A stretch of DNA of 63,775 nt, counting the filler. It is 3 parts of 3 records of this genome, joined end to end, with 100 filler letters (N's around TTAATTAATTAA, not from the genome) between each part and the next. Parts side by side here need not be neighbours in the genome. Positions count along the whole stretch, not along the records: positions 1 to 29,332 come from SRR20825006_2371; positions 29,433 to 48,594 come from SRR20825006_2389; 1 more part is not named here. One strand, written 5' to 3'. Positions 27,295 through 36,847 of this stretch are shown here, piece after piece. The translations under genes were made by a program, and so were the position numbers. Under the pieces are notes generated by a model. The model was not told the origin of the DNA, searched no databases, and saw only the letters and a list, made by a program, of their open reading frames with translations. How positions within the stretch are numbered: position 1 is the stretch's first letter; each line of letters begins with the position of its first letter.

Positions 27295-28560
27295 ATGAGC
27301 GAGGATATCTTCGACCGCTTGCTCGCCAATACGCTCGAACAAAAGAACGCCACGGTGCGCCGTATCGTCGAGGAAGGTCAGCTCTACGACCGCGTGTGCA
27401 CCAGACAGCGTGGTCGCCAGATCGAGATCGATGGGCGCTGGCTCACAGACTTCGCGAGCTGCAACTATCTCGGGCTGGATCTTCACCCCGACGTGATCGC
27501 CAGCGTTCAGCGAACAGTGAGCGAATGGGGGACGCACCCATCGTGGGCCAGGATGGCGTGCAGTCCGGTGCTCTACGAGGAGCTCGAGGAAAAGCTCGCG
27601 AGGTTGCTCGGGACCGAGGACGCGCTGGTGCTCCCGACCATTTCCCTGATCGCCGTGGGGTTGATCCCGGCTCTGGTCAAGAAGGGTGATGTGATCCTCG
27701 CCGACAAGTTCGTGCACAAGGTCAACCACGACGGTTGCAGGCTCGCCAGAGATATGTGCAAGGCGGAGCTCGCATCATTTCGACACGATGATCTCGCGCG
27801 GTTGGAAGAGCTGCTCGTGCATTACAGCGACCGCGACACGAGGTTGATCGTTATCGACGGCGTGCTCTCGGTGACAGGCCGCATCCCCGCGCTGAAAGCG
27901 ATCCTGAGGCTCGCGCGTGAACATGACGCGCTGGTTTATATCGATGACGCGCACGGCTTCGGAGTGCTCGGAGAAACGCCTGATGATGCGATGCCCTGGG
28001 GTTATAAAGGCAACGGCGTGGTCGCACACCTTGGCGAAGGTTACGACAACGTGATCTATGTCTCGGGACTCTCCAAGGCTTACTCATCACTGGCGGCGTT
28101 CGTGGCCTGTCCCACACGCTTGAAGCGCGCGCTCAAGTGCAACATCACGAGCTACATTGTCTCTGGCCCTGTGCCTTTCGCCTCGCTCGCCAGCGCGCTC
28201 GCGGGGTTGGAGCTAAACGAGATCCACGGCGACGGATGGCGCACAACGCTTCATGGCTACACCACGCAAATCATCGAGGCGTACCGCGAACGAGGCATTC
28301 GCACTGACAACGACAACGGCTTTCCTATCGTCAGCGCCTACGTCGGCTCGCCAGAAGCGGTCATGCGAGGCGGCCAGCTTCTGTTCGAAGAGGGTTACTA
28401 CGTGACCTTGCAATCCTACCCGCTCGTGCCCATCGACCAGGGCGTCCTGCGCGCGACGCCCACGGTCTCCAACACAGCGGACGAGGTTCGAGGTCTGATC
28501 GATGCGATGGAGCGCACGGTCCGCACGCTGGAAGCAGAAGGCTTGACGCCGAAGCGATGA
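27295..28560 (+). CDS. PLP-dependent alpha-oxoamine synthase family enzyme (BioF/SPT/RedN-like)
   Basis: GGAGG RBS; FASCNYLGL, FRHDD, DGVLSVTG, DDAHGFGVLG, GLSKAY (PLP lysine). Confidence 0.88.
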   Translation: MSEDIFDRLLANTLEQKNATVRRIVEEGQLYDRVCTRQRGRQIEIDGRWLTDFASCNYLGLDLHPDVIASVQRTVSEWGTHPSWARMACSPVLYEELEEKLARLLGTEDALVLPTISLIAVGLIPALVKKGDVILADKFVHKVNHDGCRLARDMCKAELASFRHDDLARLEELLVHYSDRDTRLIVIDGVLSVTGRIPALKAILRLAREHDALVYIDDAHGFGVLGETPDDAMPWGYKGNGVVAHLGEGYDNVIYVSGLSKAYSSLAAFVACPTRLKRALKCNITSYIVSGPVPFASLASALAGLELNEIHGDGWRTTLHGYTTQIIEAYRERGIRTDNDNGFPIVSAYVGSPEAVMRGGQLLFEEGYYVTLQSYPLVPIDQGVLRATPTVSNTADEVRGLIDAMERTVRTLEAEGLTPKR

Positions 28561-29332
28561 GGAGAAGGATGCTGTTGATTCCAGGGCTCGACTGTCTCGC
28601 AGAGATCGAGGAGCACGCGCGCGCTCTCGAAGACTCCGCCCATGAACGCGATAGAACCAACATCTTCGCGCGCGAGGCCTTCGAAGACCTCGGGAGCCAG
28701 GGTGTTTACGCGCTGGCGACAGGCGATGATGCAGAATCACTGGGCCGTTTGTGCGCGCTGATTTATGGGCTCGCGCTGAGATCGGGGGATCTTGGCTTCG
28801 CCGCGAGCTTGTACGCGCACCTCTGCGCCATCTTCACCCTCCGAGACTTCGGACACGAACACCACCGTGACCTGCTCGATGCGATGATAAGCGGTAAGGC
28901 GCTCGGCGCCGTCGCCAACAGCGAACCCGACGCAGGGACAGACCTGATGGGGCTCCAAACCAGCCTGGCGCAGCGTGACGGCTCGCTCGTCTTGAATGGC
29001 ACGAAGTGGAGCATCACCAACGTCTCCGAAGCCGAGGTGTTGATTGTCTCCGCCATCAGCCACACACCTCCCACAAACGCGCGTAAACAGGTCGACCATG
29101 TCGTCCTCGAGTCCAGGCAGACCGGGATAGAGACGGCCCGTCTGGATGACCTGATCGGGCTTAGGACCTCGGTGACCGGCAACCTTACGATGTCCCAGGT
29201 TTGCCTGGAGCAAACCTCCAGGCTCGGTAGCGCAGGCGATGGCGTGGCCATGTTTCGACACCAGTTCGATCACGAGCGGTTGCTGACCGCGACGCTTTAT
29301 CTGGCCGCGTTGGACACCGCGCTCGAGCGCGG
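28557..29332 (+). CDS. Acyl-CoA/acyl-carrier dehydrogenase, truncated by contig end (start 28557 or 28569)
   Basis: SEPDAGTD, LNGTKWSITN, GLRTS, ER motifs; ATGA overlap with the upstream gene. Confidence 0.82.
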
Positions 29333-29432
29333 NNNNNNNNNNNNNNNNNNNNNNNNNNNNNNNNNNNNNNNNNNNNTTAATTAATTAANNNNNNNNNNNN
29401 NNNNNNNNNNNNNNNNNNNNNNNNNNNNNNNN
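29333..29432. other. Artificial contig spacer
   Basis: 44 N + TTAATTAATTAA (stops in all six frames) + 44 N. Confidence 0.98.
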
Positions 29433-29462
29433 TGGTGCTCTAACCAACTGAGCTACGTGCCT
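29433..29462 (-). tRNA. 5' fragment of a tRNA, probably tRNA-Val(GAC); anticodon lost at the contig end
   Basis: Reverse complement AGGCACGTAGCTCAGTTGGTTAGAGCACCA gives acceptor strand and D-arm; identity inferred from resemblance to gammaproteobacterial tRNA-Val. Confidence 0.75.
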
Positions 29463-29475
29463 AAAGAGGGTGGCA

Positions 29476-29504
29476 ATTCTATGCAGCTTGACCCGTCAGG
29501 GCAA
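29476..29504 (-). promoter_or_regulatory. Sigma70 promoter of the tRNA
   Basis: TTGCCC-N17-TAGAAT followed by a GC-rich discriminator just before the tRNA 5' end. Confidence 0.75.
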
Positions 29505-29559
29505 GACCCTCGTTGCAGATTGATGGCCATCCCGCAAATGGCATTATCCCAACGCCGTA

Positions 29560-30255
29560 TTACTTGCGGCGGCGCGAGCCCCAGGCGGTTTCAATCTGAC
29601 GTGCGCGGGTAATGGATTCTTCCACCAGGTCCGACTGATGCTCGGCAAACTCGCGAATAATCTCCAGGGCCGACCGCACATCACGGCGGAAAATGGTTTC
29701 CACCAACGCCTTGAAGAACGACAGGCACTCCTTGATTTCATCCGGCTCCAGATGCAGGGCCATAAAATAAGCCCGCTGCATAGCCGGCTGCATATTGATC
29801 AGCACATCTTCCACGAAGACATTGCGGGCGAACGGATAGACATGTTCCAGAAAGCGAAAGCTGAGGGTAAAGAAAACATCGTGGTCGCGCTCCTCCGCTG
29901 CCACTTGCAAACCGTGAACCAGCTCAATGAACGAATCCAGGTCTTCTTCGCGCACCACCTTAATGGCTTTGCGAATCACCAGCCCCAGCAACACCTGCAT
30001 GACTTCATACAGGCTGCGCACATGGGCTTCGGACATCTCTTTCACCACCGCACCCCGGCGCGGCAAAATGTCGATCAGCTGGCGACGTTGCAAAATCAGT
30101 AGCGCCTCACGCACAGATCCCCGGCTCACATCCAGCTCCCCTGCCACACGCAGTTCCTGAATGCGATCACCGGCCAACATGTCGCCATGGATAATTTGCT
30201 GAGCGAGATGCTGGGCAATTTGCTCAGAGAGGCTTTCCTTCGCTTTGAAGCTCAC
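29560..30255 (-). CDS. GntR/FadR-family transcriptional regulator
   Basis: Probable GTG start; wHTH SLSEQIA...LDVSRGSVREALLIL...PRRGA; helical FCD-type C-terminus. Confidence 0.9.
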   Translation of the reverse strand: MSFKAKESLSEQIAQHLAQQIIHGDMLAGDRIQELRVAGELDVSRGSVREALLILQRRQLIDILPRRGAVVKEMSEAHVRSLYEVMQVLLGLVIRKAIKVVREEDLDSFIELVHGLQVAAEERDHDVFFTLSFRFLEHVYPFARNVFVEDVLINMQPAMQRAYFMALHLEPDEIKECLSFFKALVETIFRRDVRSALEIIREFAEHQSDLVEESITRARQIETAWGSRRRK

Positions 30256-30269
30256 CGAACCCCCGGTAC

Positions 30270-30302
30270 TTGTTGAACAATCCAATTAGGCTTGTCCGAC
30301 TA
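30270..30302. promoter_or_regulatory. Putative GntR operator pair
   Basis: TTGTTGAACAA (30270-30280) and TTGTCCGACTA (30292-30302), 22 bp apart, just upstream of the gntR start. Confidence 0.55.
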
Positions 30303-30449
30303 TAGTACACAAGAAAGCCACCACCAAGTGCTGGATTTGCCAACCATCCCCCGCCAGTATCAAATGCATCAGTGCCATACTGATCCAGCCACAGCACGGA
30401 TTCACCCACAACAAGAACTGTGACCACACCCAATACCGGGCGGAGCTGC

Positions 30450-30995
30450 ATGAACAAGGAATTGATCACCCAGTTACCCAGAGTTGAGCAACTGTTCGAC
30501 CACTATGCGGAGCGTTTTGGCAAACAACAGACGGCATACCGCAACCATGTCTACCGGCTGGTAAACCTGGTCATGGCGCAACGTCCCGTCAATGACGAAG
30601 AGCTCGGCAAGCTGCAAGTCGCCGCCTTTTTCCATGATGCCGGCATCTGGTTGGCTGGCACCTTTGACTATTTACAACCCTCAGCCCGGCTCGCTGAACA
30701 CTACCTTCAGAAAGAAGGCCTGGAAGATTGGAGCCAGGACGTGCGCACCATGATCATGAACCACCACAAAGTTAGCCGCTTCAGCCGCAACCATCTGGAC
30801 CTCACCGAAGTGTTCCGCCGGGCCGACTGGGTTGATGTGAGCCTGGGGCTGCTGCGTTTCGGCATTCCCATGGCGCGGATTCGCTTGATCAAACGGGGCT
30901 TCCCCAATGCGGGCTTTCATCCGCTACTGCTCAAGCTGAGCGGCCAGCAATTGCTCAGCCAACCCTGGCGCCCCCTACCCATGCTCAAACGATAA
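30450..30995 (+). CDS. HD-domain protein
   Basis: GGAG RBS; YRNHVYR, FFHDAG, NHH, RRADWVD. Confidence 0.8.
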   Translation: MNKELITQLPRVEQLFDHYAERFGKQQTAYRNHVYRLVNLVMAQRPVNDEELGKLQVAAFFHDAGIWLAGTFDYLQPSARLAEHYLQKEGLEDWSQDVRTMIMNHHKVSRFSRNHLDLTEVFRRADWVDVSLGLLRFGIPMARIRLIKRGFPNAGFHPLLLKLSGQQLLSQPWRPLPMLKR

Positions 30996-31033
30996 ACAGG
31001 CCCCACCAGAACCGTAGCGCACCGCCAGGAAAG

Positions 31034-31194
31034 TTACTCACAGCTTCTGTGGATAACTCTGTGCATAGACTGTCAGGAACTGCCGCCACCGCCTGCCGTG
31101 CCTGCCATGTCATTAGAATGATGAAAAAATGGCCATAATATTAAGCTCTTTAAAATCAATAATTTACAAATACGCACTGCAAATCAATAGCTTA
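31034..31194. promoter_or_regulatory. DnaA-box cluster with IHF sites (DARS2/datA-like element)
   Basis: TTACTCACA-5-TGTGGATAA-3-TGTGCATAG; IHF consensus matches at 31154-31166 and 31182-31194; Fis-like site at 31120-31134. Confidence 0.65.
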
Positions 31195-31342
31195 GCCCCC
31201 AACGTTCACGCATCGGGTGAAATCAGCATGTTCGCTGTGCAAAACTGTTGCCCGGGAACAGGGCATAATCGGAAAAAGCAAGAGAAAGGCGCAGCCGATT
31301 AACGAAAAACGGCACGGCAGCAAGAGAAAGTAACCAGAACGA

Positions 31343-31369
31343 GAAAAGCCGCTCGATAAGCGGCTTTTC
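31343..31369. terminator. Intrinsic terminator (bidirectional type)
   Basis: GAAAAGCCGCT-CGATA-AGCGGCTTTTC downstream of the minus-strand gene ending at 31405. Confidence 0.8.
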
Positions 31370-31404
31370 CACAAAACGGTGATGTCAGGCTCAAGCTTGA
31401 GCAA

Positions 31405-31911
31405 TCAGCGGCGCAGACTGAAACTCACCCCCAGCACGACCACCGGTTCGATATCCAGATCATACCGATCGCGCTCTTCCTCACTATCGCAAGCCCTGAT
31501 GCCACGGTACTCGTCGCACTCCAGCGCTTCCAGCACGCCCACCGCCGCGCTCACGGTCCAGCGCGAGTACGGTTTCACCCACTGGTGGCCCAGCTCAACG
31601 CCAGCGCCCAGCCGCTCATAGTGGCGCTCGCCGCCCAGGTCGCCCGCCATCAGGCCCGTGTAGAACCCCTTTTCTGACATCAACCCGCGTTCCATCTTGT
31701 GGCGCCAGCCTGCTACCCAGCGGAACTCTTCCGTATCCAGGCCACTGGAATCCACATAATAGGCAGGCATGCCGTAGAAACTGTTCTTTTCGGTAGCCCA
31801 TTCGAGGTTCAGCCCGACCAGACCATTGAGATAGCCGATACCGATCAGGGCATCGTCCGCCGCCGCCGACAGAGGCAGCAACGCAAGGAAGGAAAGCAGC
31901 CAGCGACGCAT
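31405..31911 (-). CDS. Exported hypothetical protein, possible small outer-membrane beta-barrel
   Basis: GGAG RBS; signal peptide ending AAA-D; alternating beta-strand pattern; terminal VVLGVSFSL. Confidence 0.7.
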   Translation of the reverse strand: MRRWLLSFLALLPLSAAADDALIGIGYLNGLVGLNLEWATEKNSFYGMPAYYVDSSGLDTEEFRWVAGWRHKMERGLMSEKGFYTGLMAGDLGGERHYERLGAGVELGHQWVKPYSRWTVSAAVGVLEALECDEYRGIRACDSEEERDRYDLDIEPVVVLGVSFSLRR

Positions 31912-32052
31912 GGCAAACTCCAGTTTATTGTTGTTATATCGGGCAAGCCCCGGCAAAGAGCCTGTATTTTTCACAACCGCCTGGCCGATTACAAGCGCCA
32001 AGGCGTCCCCCGTAGCCGGCGCAAACGCCGGTCAGGGGAAATTCAGCGTGGA

Positions 32053-32286
32053 TCAGAGCGGAATTTTATCGATACTGTCCGCGGTCCCATCAATGGCTCC
32101 GTCGACCTTTTCCAGCGCTTCATCAGCGGCATTACCCGCCACCGGGATAATCGACAGCACCGCCCCCACCACGGAACCGGCAGCCCCCACTAAACGCATG
32201 GGCGTGGTCGCCAGCTTGGTGAGGAAACAGCCACTGAGAACGGCGGCCAACAGGCCAATAACGGCCAGACGCATTACGGATTTCAT
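32053..32286 (-). CDS. Small lipoprotein (DUF6726-like)
   Basis: AGGAG RBS; lipobox LSGC followed by FLTKLATTPMR. Confidence 0.75.
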   Translation of the reverse strand: MKSVMRLAVIGLLAAVLSGCFLTKLATTPMRLVGAAGSVVGAVLSIIPVAGNAADEALEKVDGAIDGTADSIDKIPL

Positions 32287-32358
32287 ACCTTCTCCTTTTT
32301 TCTACTTATTATTGGGAGCCTGCCGGCACCGGTCGGCCCGGCAAGCGCCTGTCATTGA

Positions 32359-33075
32359 TCAGTACTCGAACGTCATCCCCAGACGCTTGCCCACTTCTTC
32401 GTAGGCTTCTACCACGCCACCCAACCCCTGGCGGAAACGGTCCTTGTCCAGTTTTTCGCGGGTGTTCTTGTCCCACAGGCGACAACCGTCCGGGCTGAAT
32501 TCATCGCCCAGCAGCACTTCACCATTAAACACGCCAAATTCCAGCTTGTAATCCACCAGCAGCATTTCACCGTCCAGGAACAGCTGCTTGAGCACATCGT
32601 TCACCTGGAAGGTAAGCACCTTCATCTGCGCCACCTGTTCATCGGTGGCCCAGCCAAAGCTCTGAATATGGAAATCATTGACCATGGGATCCCCCAGGTC
32701 ATCATCCTTGAGGAAGAATTCAAAGGTGGGCGGGTTCAACTCCAGCCCTTCTTCCACACCCAGACGACGACAGATAGAGCCCGCGGCGATGTTACGCACC
32801 ACACACTCTACCGGGATCATGTCCATCTTCTTGACCAGGGATTCCGTGGCGGACAGGGTTTTCTCGAAGTGGCAGGGAATGCCCGCCGCCTTCAGCTTTT
32901 CCATGATGGCCGCGTTAAACTGATTGTTCACCGCTCCCTTGCGCGCCAACGCCTCCTTTTTCTTGCCGTCGAAGGCTGAGGTGTCGTCACGAAACAGCAT
33001 GATCAGCTTGTCCGCGTCATCGGTGGTGTACACAGACTTGGCTTTGCCGGCATACAACTCGTCGCGTTTTTCCAT
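32359..33075 (-). CDS. purC: SAICAR synthetase
   Basis: [51 protein letters not shown]. Confidence 0.97.
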   Translation of the reverse strand: MEKRDELYAGKAKSVYTTDDADKLIMLFRDDTSAFDGKKKEALARKGAVNNQFNAAIMEKLKAAGIPCHFEKTLSATESLVKKMDMIPVECVVRNIAAGSICRRLGVEEGLELNPPTFEFFLKDDDLGDPMVNDFHIQSFGWATDEQVAQMKVLTFQVNDVLKQLFLDGEMLLVDYKLEFGVFNGEVLLGDEFSPDGCRLWDKNTREKLDKDRFRQGLGGVVEAYEEVGKRLGMTFEY

Positions 33076-33101
33076 GGAAAGGCCTATTACTCAGGTCAGT
33101 A

Positions 33102-33875
33102 TTAATGTACTTGCAGCCAGTCAAACCCTTCCGTCTGGCTGGCAACGCCAATTCGTTCACGCCCCTGGGTAATCACCCGTTCGACCGCATCCAGTGCGTG
33201 CCGGGACGTGTTGTTCTGTTCACTCAAGTGCGACAGCACCAAATGTTGCAGGCGATCCACATTGGCCTGGCGCAGCAATGCCGCCGCCTGATCGTTGCTC
33301 AGATGCCCTAACATACCACCCACACGCCGTTTCAACGATGACGGATACGGGCCAGACGCCAGCAACTGCGGGTCGTGATTGCATTCCAGCACCAGTGCAT
33401 CACATTCCCGGTAGGCATCCACCACGTGGGGAGTAATCGCGCCCAGGTCCGTCAGTACCCCCACAGTGCGCTGCTGCCAGGAAAAACGGTACTGGCAAGG
33501 TTCGCGGGCATCGTGGGGCACCAGCACCGGCAGTATTTCCATGGCTCCCAGGCTGAATGTGCGGCCGGGGCGGATTTCCTGCCAGTCGGCACCTTTCAGG
33601 GTAGCGCGCTTGTCATGCACAGCGCTGGCCGTGCCAAAGGAGCTGTATACCGGGCATCCCACCTTGCGGGCCAGCGCCCCGGCGCTGCGAATATGATCAC
33701 CGTGTTCATGGGTGACCAGAATCGCGCTGAGCTGTGCCGCCGTCAGGCCCAACCTCCCCAGCCGCGCCTCGGTTTCTTTCACCGTGAAACCGCAATCGAT
33801 CAGCACCAGGGTATCGTCAGCCTGCACCAGCGTGGCATTGCCTTTACTGCCACTGCCCAGTGACGCCAGCTGCAT
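33102..33875 (-). CDS. MBL-fold metallohydrolase (YycJ/WalJ-like)
   Basis: LGSGSKGN, IDCG, THEHGDH, VPHDA, LECNHD, GHLSN, HLSEQNN. Confidence 0.92.
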   Translation of the reverse strand: MQLASLGSGSKGNATLVQADDTLVLIDCGFTVKETEARLGRLGLTAAQLSAILVTHEHGDHIRSAGALARKVGCPVYSSFGTASAVHDKRATLKGADWQEIRPGRTFSLGAMEILPVLVPHDAREPCQYRFSWQQRTVGVLTDLGAITPHVVDAYRECDALVLECNHDPQLLASGPYPSSLKRRVGGMLGHLSNDQAAALLRQANVDRLQHLVLSHLSEQNNTSRHALDAVERVITQGRERIGVASQTEGFDWLQVH

Positions 33876-34492
33876 TAATCGAGCTCGTCGTAGATTCGCT
33901 CGAGAATGGCCAGCCCCGGGGTTTTCTCCACCAGCGCGGTGCCTTTCTCGTTCAGGACCGCCACCTGGATACCGTTGGTGGTGTGGCTCAGTTTCAGCTG
34001 TGCTTCACGGGCACCCAACTCATATCGTTCAGGAACCTTAAGATAAAAGATGCCCACTTCACGATCGCGGTCACCCACCTTTAAATCGGTTTTCTTCAGG
34101 GCATCGCCCACATATTCCCACGCCCAGGCGTAGCGGGTGGACATCATGATGATCGGGTAGCCGTTGCCGTCACGGCCCAGCAGCGCCTTGGCGGACTCCC
34201 CTTCCGGAGCCGGCTCATCGTTTTCCTTGTCCGGCGCATTCCCCAGCACCACCAGTTGCGGCGGGCGTGGCGGCTCGAAGCGGTCTTCATCCTCACGGGG
34301 AGCGGTCAACCGTTCATCCTGCCTCGGCACCGCATAGAGCGGCTGCTCACCAATAAAGACATCTCCTTCCGGGACCTTGATCGGATCCGTCACGTCCGCT
34401 TTACGGTATTCCAGGCTGCTGTCCGGCAACCAGCTACACCCGGTCACCAGCAGGGCGAGCGCAAGGGGGGCAAGCAACGCCGCTTTCTTCAT
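33875..34492 (-). CDS. bamC: Outer membrane assembly lipoprotein BamC/NlpB (short form)
   Basis: Lipobox VTGC; position directly after dap[10 protein letters not shown]...VGDRDR..GIFY motif. Confidence 0.75.
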   Translation of the reverse strand: MKKAALLAPLALALLVTGCSWLPDSSLEYRKADVTDPIKVPEGDVFIGEQPLYAVPRQDERLTAPREDEDRFEPPRPPQLVVLGNAPDKENDEPAPEGESAKALLGRDGNGYPIIMMSTRYAWAWEYVGDALKKTDLKVGDRDREVGIFYLKVPERYELGAREAQLKLSHTTNGIQVAVLNEKGTALVEKTPGLAILERIYDELD

Positions 34493-35373
34493 TTAACCTC
34501 CAGCAGGCCGCATTGGCGCATGGTTTCACGCAACCGCGGCTGGGCCGCTTCTGACAGCGACACCAGCGGCAGCCGGATGCCTGCGTCAATCAGCCCCATT
34601 TCAAACAGTGCCCATTTCACCGGGATCGGATTCGCTTCAATAAACAGATCACGGTGCAGGGGTTCCAGTTCCGCATTCAGTGCACGGGCTTTATCAGCAT
34701 CCCCGGCCAGAGCCGCCTCACACATGGCAGCCATTTTCGCCGGCGCCACATTGGCAGTCACAGAAATATCGCCATGGCCGCCAGCCAGGATAAAGTCCAG
34801 GGCGGTGGCATCGTCGCCGGAGTAAAGCATGAAGTCGTCACCACAACGCTCACGGATCTCGCGGGCCCGCTCCAGGTTCCCGGTGGCTTCCTTGATGCCA
34901 ACGATGTTAGGCACCTTACTCAAACGCTCCACGGTTTCCGGCAGCAGGTCGCAGGACGTGCGGCCGGGCACGTTATACAGGATCTGGGGGATATCCACGG
35001 CACGAGCCACTGCCAGAAAGTGCTGATACAGACCTTCCTGAGGAGGCTTGTTGTAGTAAGGCGTCACCAGCAGACAGGCATCCGCGCCATCGCGTTTGGC
35101 GTCGCGAGTCAGGCGAATGGCTTCTTCGGTATTGTTGGCGCCGGTACCGGCAATCACCGGAATCCGCCCCTTGGCCAGCGCCACCACTTCACGGATCACA
35201 CTGTCATGCTCTTCAAAACCGAGCGTGGCGGATTCACCCGTGGTGCCCACAGCCACGATGGCGTGGGTGCCCTGCTCTACATGCCAGTTAACCAGCGAGC
35301 GCAAACGCTCCCAGTCCACGGACCCATCTGCACGCATGGGGGTCACCAAGGCCACTATGCTGCCGCGAATCAT
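34489..35373 (-). CDS. dapA: 4-hydroxy-tetrahydrodipicolinate synthase
   Basis: [48 protein letters not shown]. Confidence 0.97.
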   Translation of the reverse strand: MIRGSIVALVTPMRADGSVDWERLRSLVNWHVEQGTHAIVAVGTTGESATLGFEEHDSVIREVVALAKGRIPVIAGTGANNTEEAIRLTRDAKRDGADACLLVTPYYNKPPQEGLYQHFLAVARAVDIPQILYNVPGRTSCDLLPETVERLSKVPNIVGIKEATGNLERAREIRERCGDDFMLYSGDDATALDFILAGGHGDISVTANVAPAKMAAMCEAALAGDADKARALNAELEPLHRDLFIEANPIPVKWALFEMGLIDAGIRLPLVSLSEAAQPRLRETMRQCGLLEVK

Positions 35374-35723
35374 GACTGTCTCCTGTTCTGCGCAAACACT
35401 ATGCGCCAATTAACCGCGACGCTTCCTGCCAGCAGGCGCTATCGTCGACCGAAGGGCGCTATGGTAAACCTCGCCCCCAAGGCGGACAAGACGCGAGTCC
35501 TTCGTTTCCCCCTGCAAAAGCAAGAGGAAGCGAAAAACGGCAACGCCTTGAGGGCCCAGTGTTAAGACCTCCCACACCGGCAAGTGTTCAGTACTGGATG
35601 AACTGGGTAGACTGATTGGCCACACACGCCCCTGCAGAGGGCGAATGCAGCCCGGCATACCGATGTCTATCCCCCGGTATCGCAGGGCCATAAACAGATG
35701 GCCACCACTGATGGAGAGCAGCC

Positions 35724-36251
35724 ATGGACCAGTTGATTGTCATTTCTGCCCTGGGCACGGACCGGCCCGGCATAGTGCAGGCCCTGTCCAAAGCCGTGCT
35801 GGAATATGATGGCAGCATCATGGATTCGCGCATGACGGTGCTGGGCGGCGAATTTGCCGTACTGATGCTGGTCGCCGGCAACGCGACCACCCTGGACAAC
35901 CTGGAAGCCGGGCAGCAGCAGCTATCCGAACAACTGGACCTGCTGATCACGCTCAAGCGCACCCACGCCCCGGATGCTCGCCCTGCCGCCCTGCCCTATG
36001 AGGTAGAGGTCGTCGCCATGGACAACCCCGGCATCGTCCATGAAATCGCCAATTTCTTTTCCGCGCGAAATATCAATATTGATGATTTGCATACCGGCAC
36101 CTACGCTGCGCCCCATACCGGCACCCGCATGTTCAGCCTGCAGCTGGTCCTGAGCATGAGCGCGGAGCACTCCGTGGCCCAGTTGCGCGATGCGTTCCTG
36201 GACTTCTGCGAAGCACGCAACCTGGACGCCACCATGACGCCGAAGCGTTAA
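35724..36251 (+). CDS. gcvR: Glycine cleavage system repressor (tandem ACT domains)
   Basis: [32 protein letters not shown]; divergent from dapA and upstream of bcp. Confidence 0.88.
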   Translation: MDQLIVISALGTDRPGIVQALSKAVLEYDGSIMDSRMTVLGGEFAVLMLVAGNATTLDNLEAGQQQLSEQLDLLITLKRTHAPDARPAALPYEVEVVAMDNPGIVHEIANFFSARNINIDDLHTGTYAAPHTGTRMFSLQLVLSMSAEHSVAQLRDAFLDFCEARNLDATMTPKR

Positions 36252-36323
36252 AATCTGCAGCACGCTTCACGCAGCAAGCAACACGGAAAAATCATCAACA
36301 TCATGAAAGAGAACAGGACAACT

Positions 36324-36800
36324 ATGGCACACCCCAAGATTGGCAATCTGGCCCCCAACTTCAAACTGCCGGATCAGGACGGCAACCTGATTGAATTGCG
36401 GTCCTTCAGGGACAAGAACCCGGTGGTGATTTTTTTCTACCCCAAAGCCCTCACCCCGGGCTGCACCACCCAGGCCTGCGGCATTCGCGACACCAAAGCC
36501 GAGCTGGAAAAGCGGGGCGTGGTTGTGTTCGGCATCAGCCCGGATGCCGTTGCTCGCCTGCCCAAGTTTATAGACAAGCATGAGCTGAACTTCACCTTGC
36601 TATCCGACGAAGATCACGCCACCGCTGAGAAATACGGATGCTGGGGCATGAAAAAATTCATGGGCAAGGAGTTCATGGGGCTCATCCGTACCACCTTTAT
36701 CATCGGCAAGAATGGCAAACTGCTGAAGGTGATGGACAAATTCAAAACCAAGTCCCATCACGAGGATCTGCTGGCAGAACTGGATGCGCTAGAGATTTAA
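36324..36800 (+). CDS. bcp: Thioredoxin-dependent thiol peroxidase Bcp
   Basis: FFYPKALTPGCTTQAC, GISPD, LLSDEDH. Confidence 0.95.
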   Translation: MAHPKIGNLAPNFKLPDQDGNLIELRSFRDKNPVVIFFYPKALTPGCTTQACGIRDTKAELEKRGVVVFGISPDAVARLPKFIDKHELNFTLLSDEDHATAEKYGCWGMKKFMGKEFMGLIRTTFIIGKNGKLLKVMDKFKTKSHHEDLLAELDALEI

Positions 36801-36815
36801 AGCGACGTTACCAGT

Positions 36816-36844
36816 AAAAAAGGGGCGACTTGCGCCCCTTTTTT
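36816..36844. terminator. Bidirectional intrinsic terminator
   Basis: AAAAAAGGGGCG-ACTTG-CGCCCCTTTTTT between convergent bcp and perM. Confidence 0.88.
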
Positions 36845-36847
36845 GTC

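Noticed and set aside
27295..28560. Calling the PLP enzyme bioF
   Set aside because: No biotin genes adjacent and it is coupled to a dehydrogenase; subfamily cannot be fixed by eye
29377..29388. TTAATTAATTAA palindrome (also 48639-48650)
   Set aside because: Identical in both N-gaps with stops in all six frames: an assembly spacer, not biology
31034..31194. Chromosomal origin oriC
   Set aside because: No dnaA, gidA or rpmH nearby, few boxes and no clear unwinding-element repeats; kept only as DARS/datA-like
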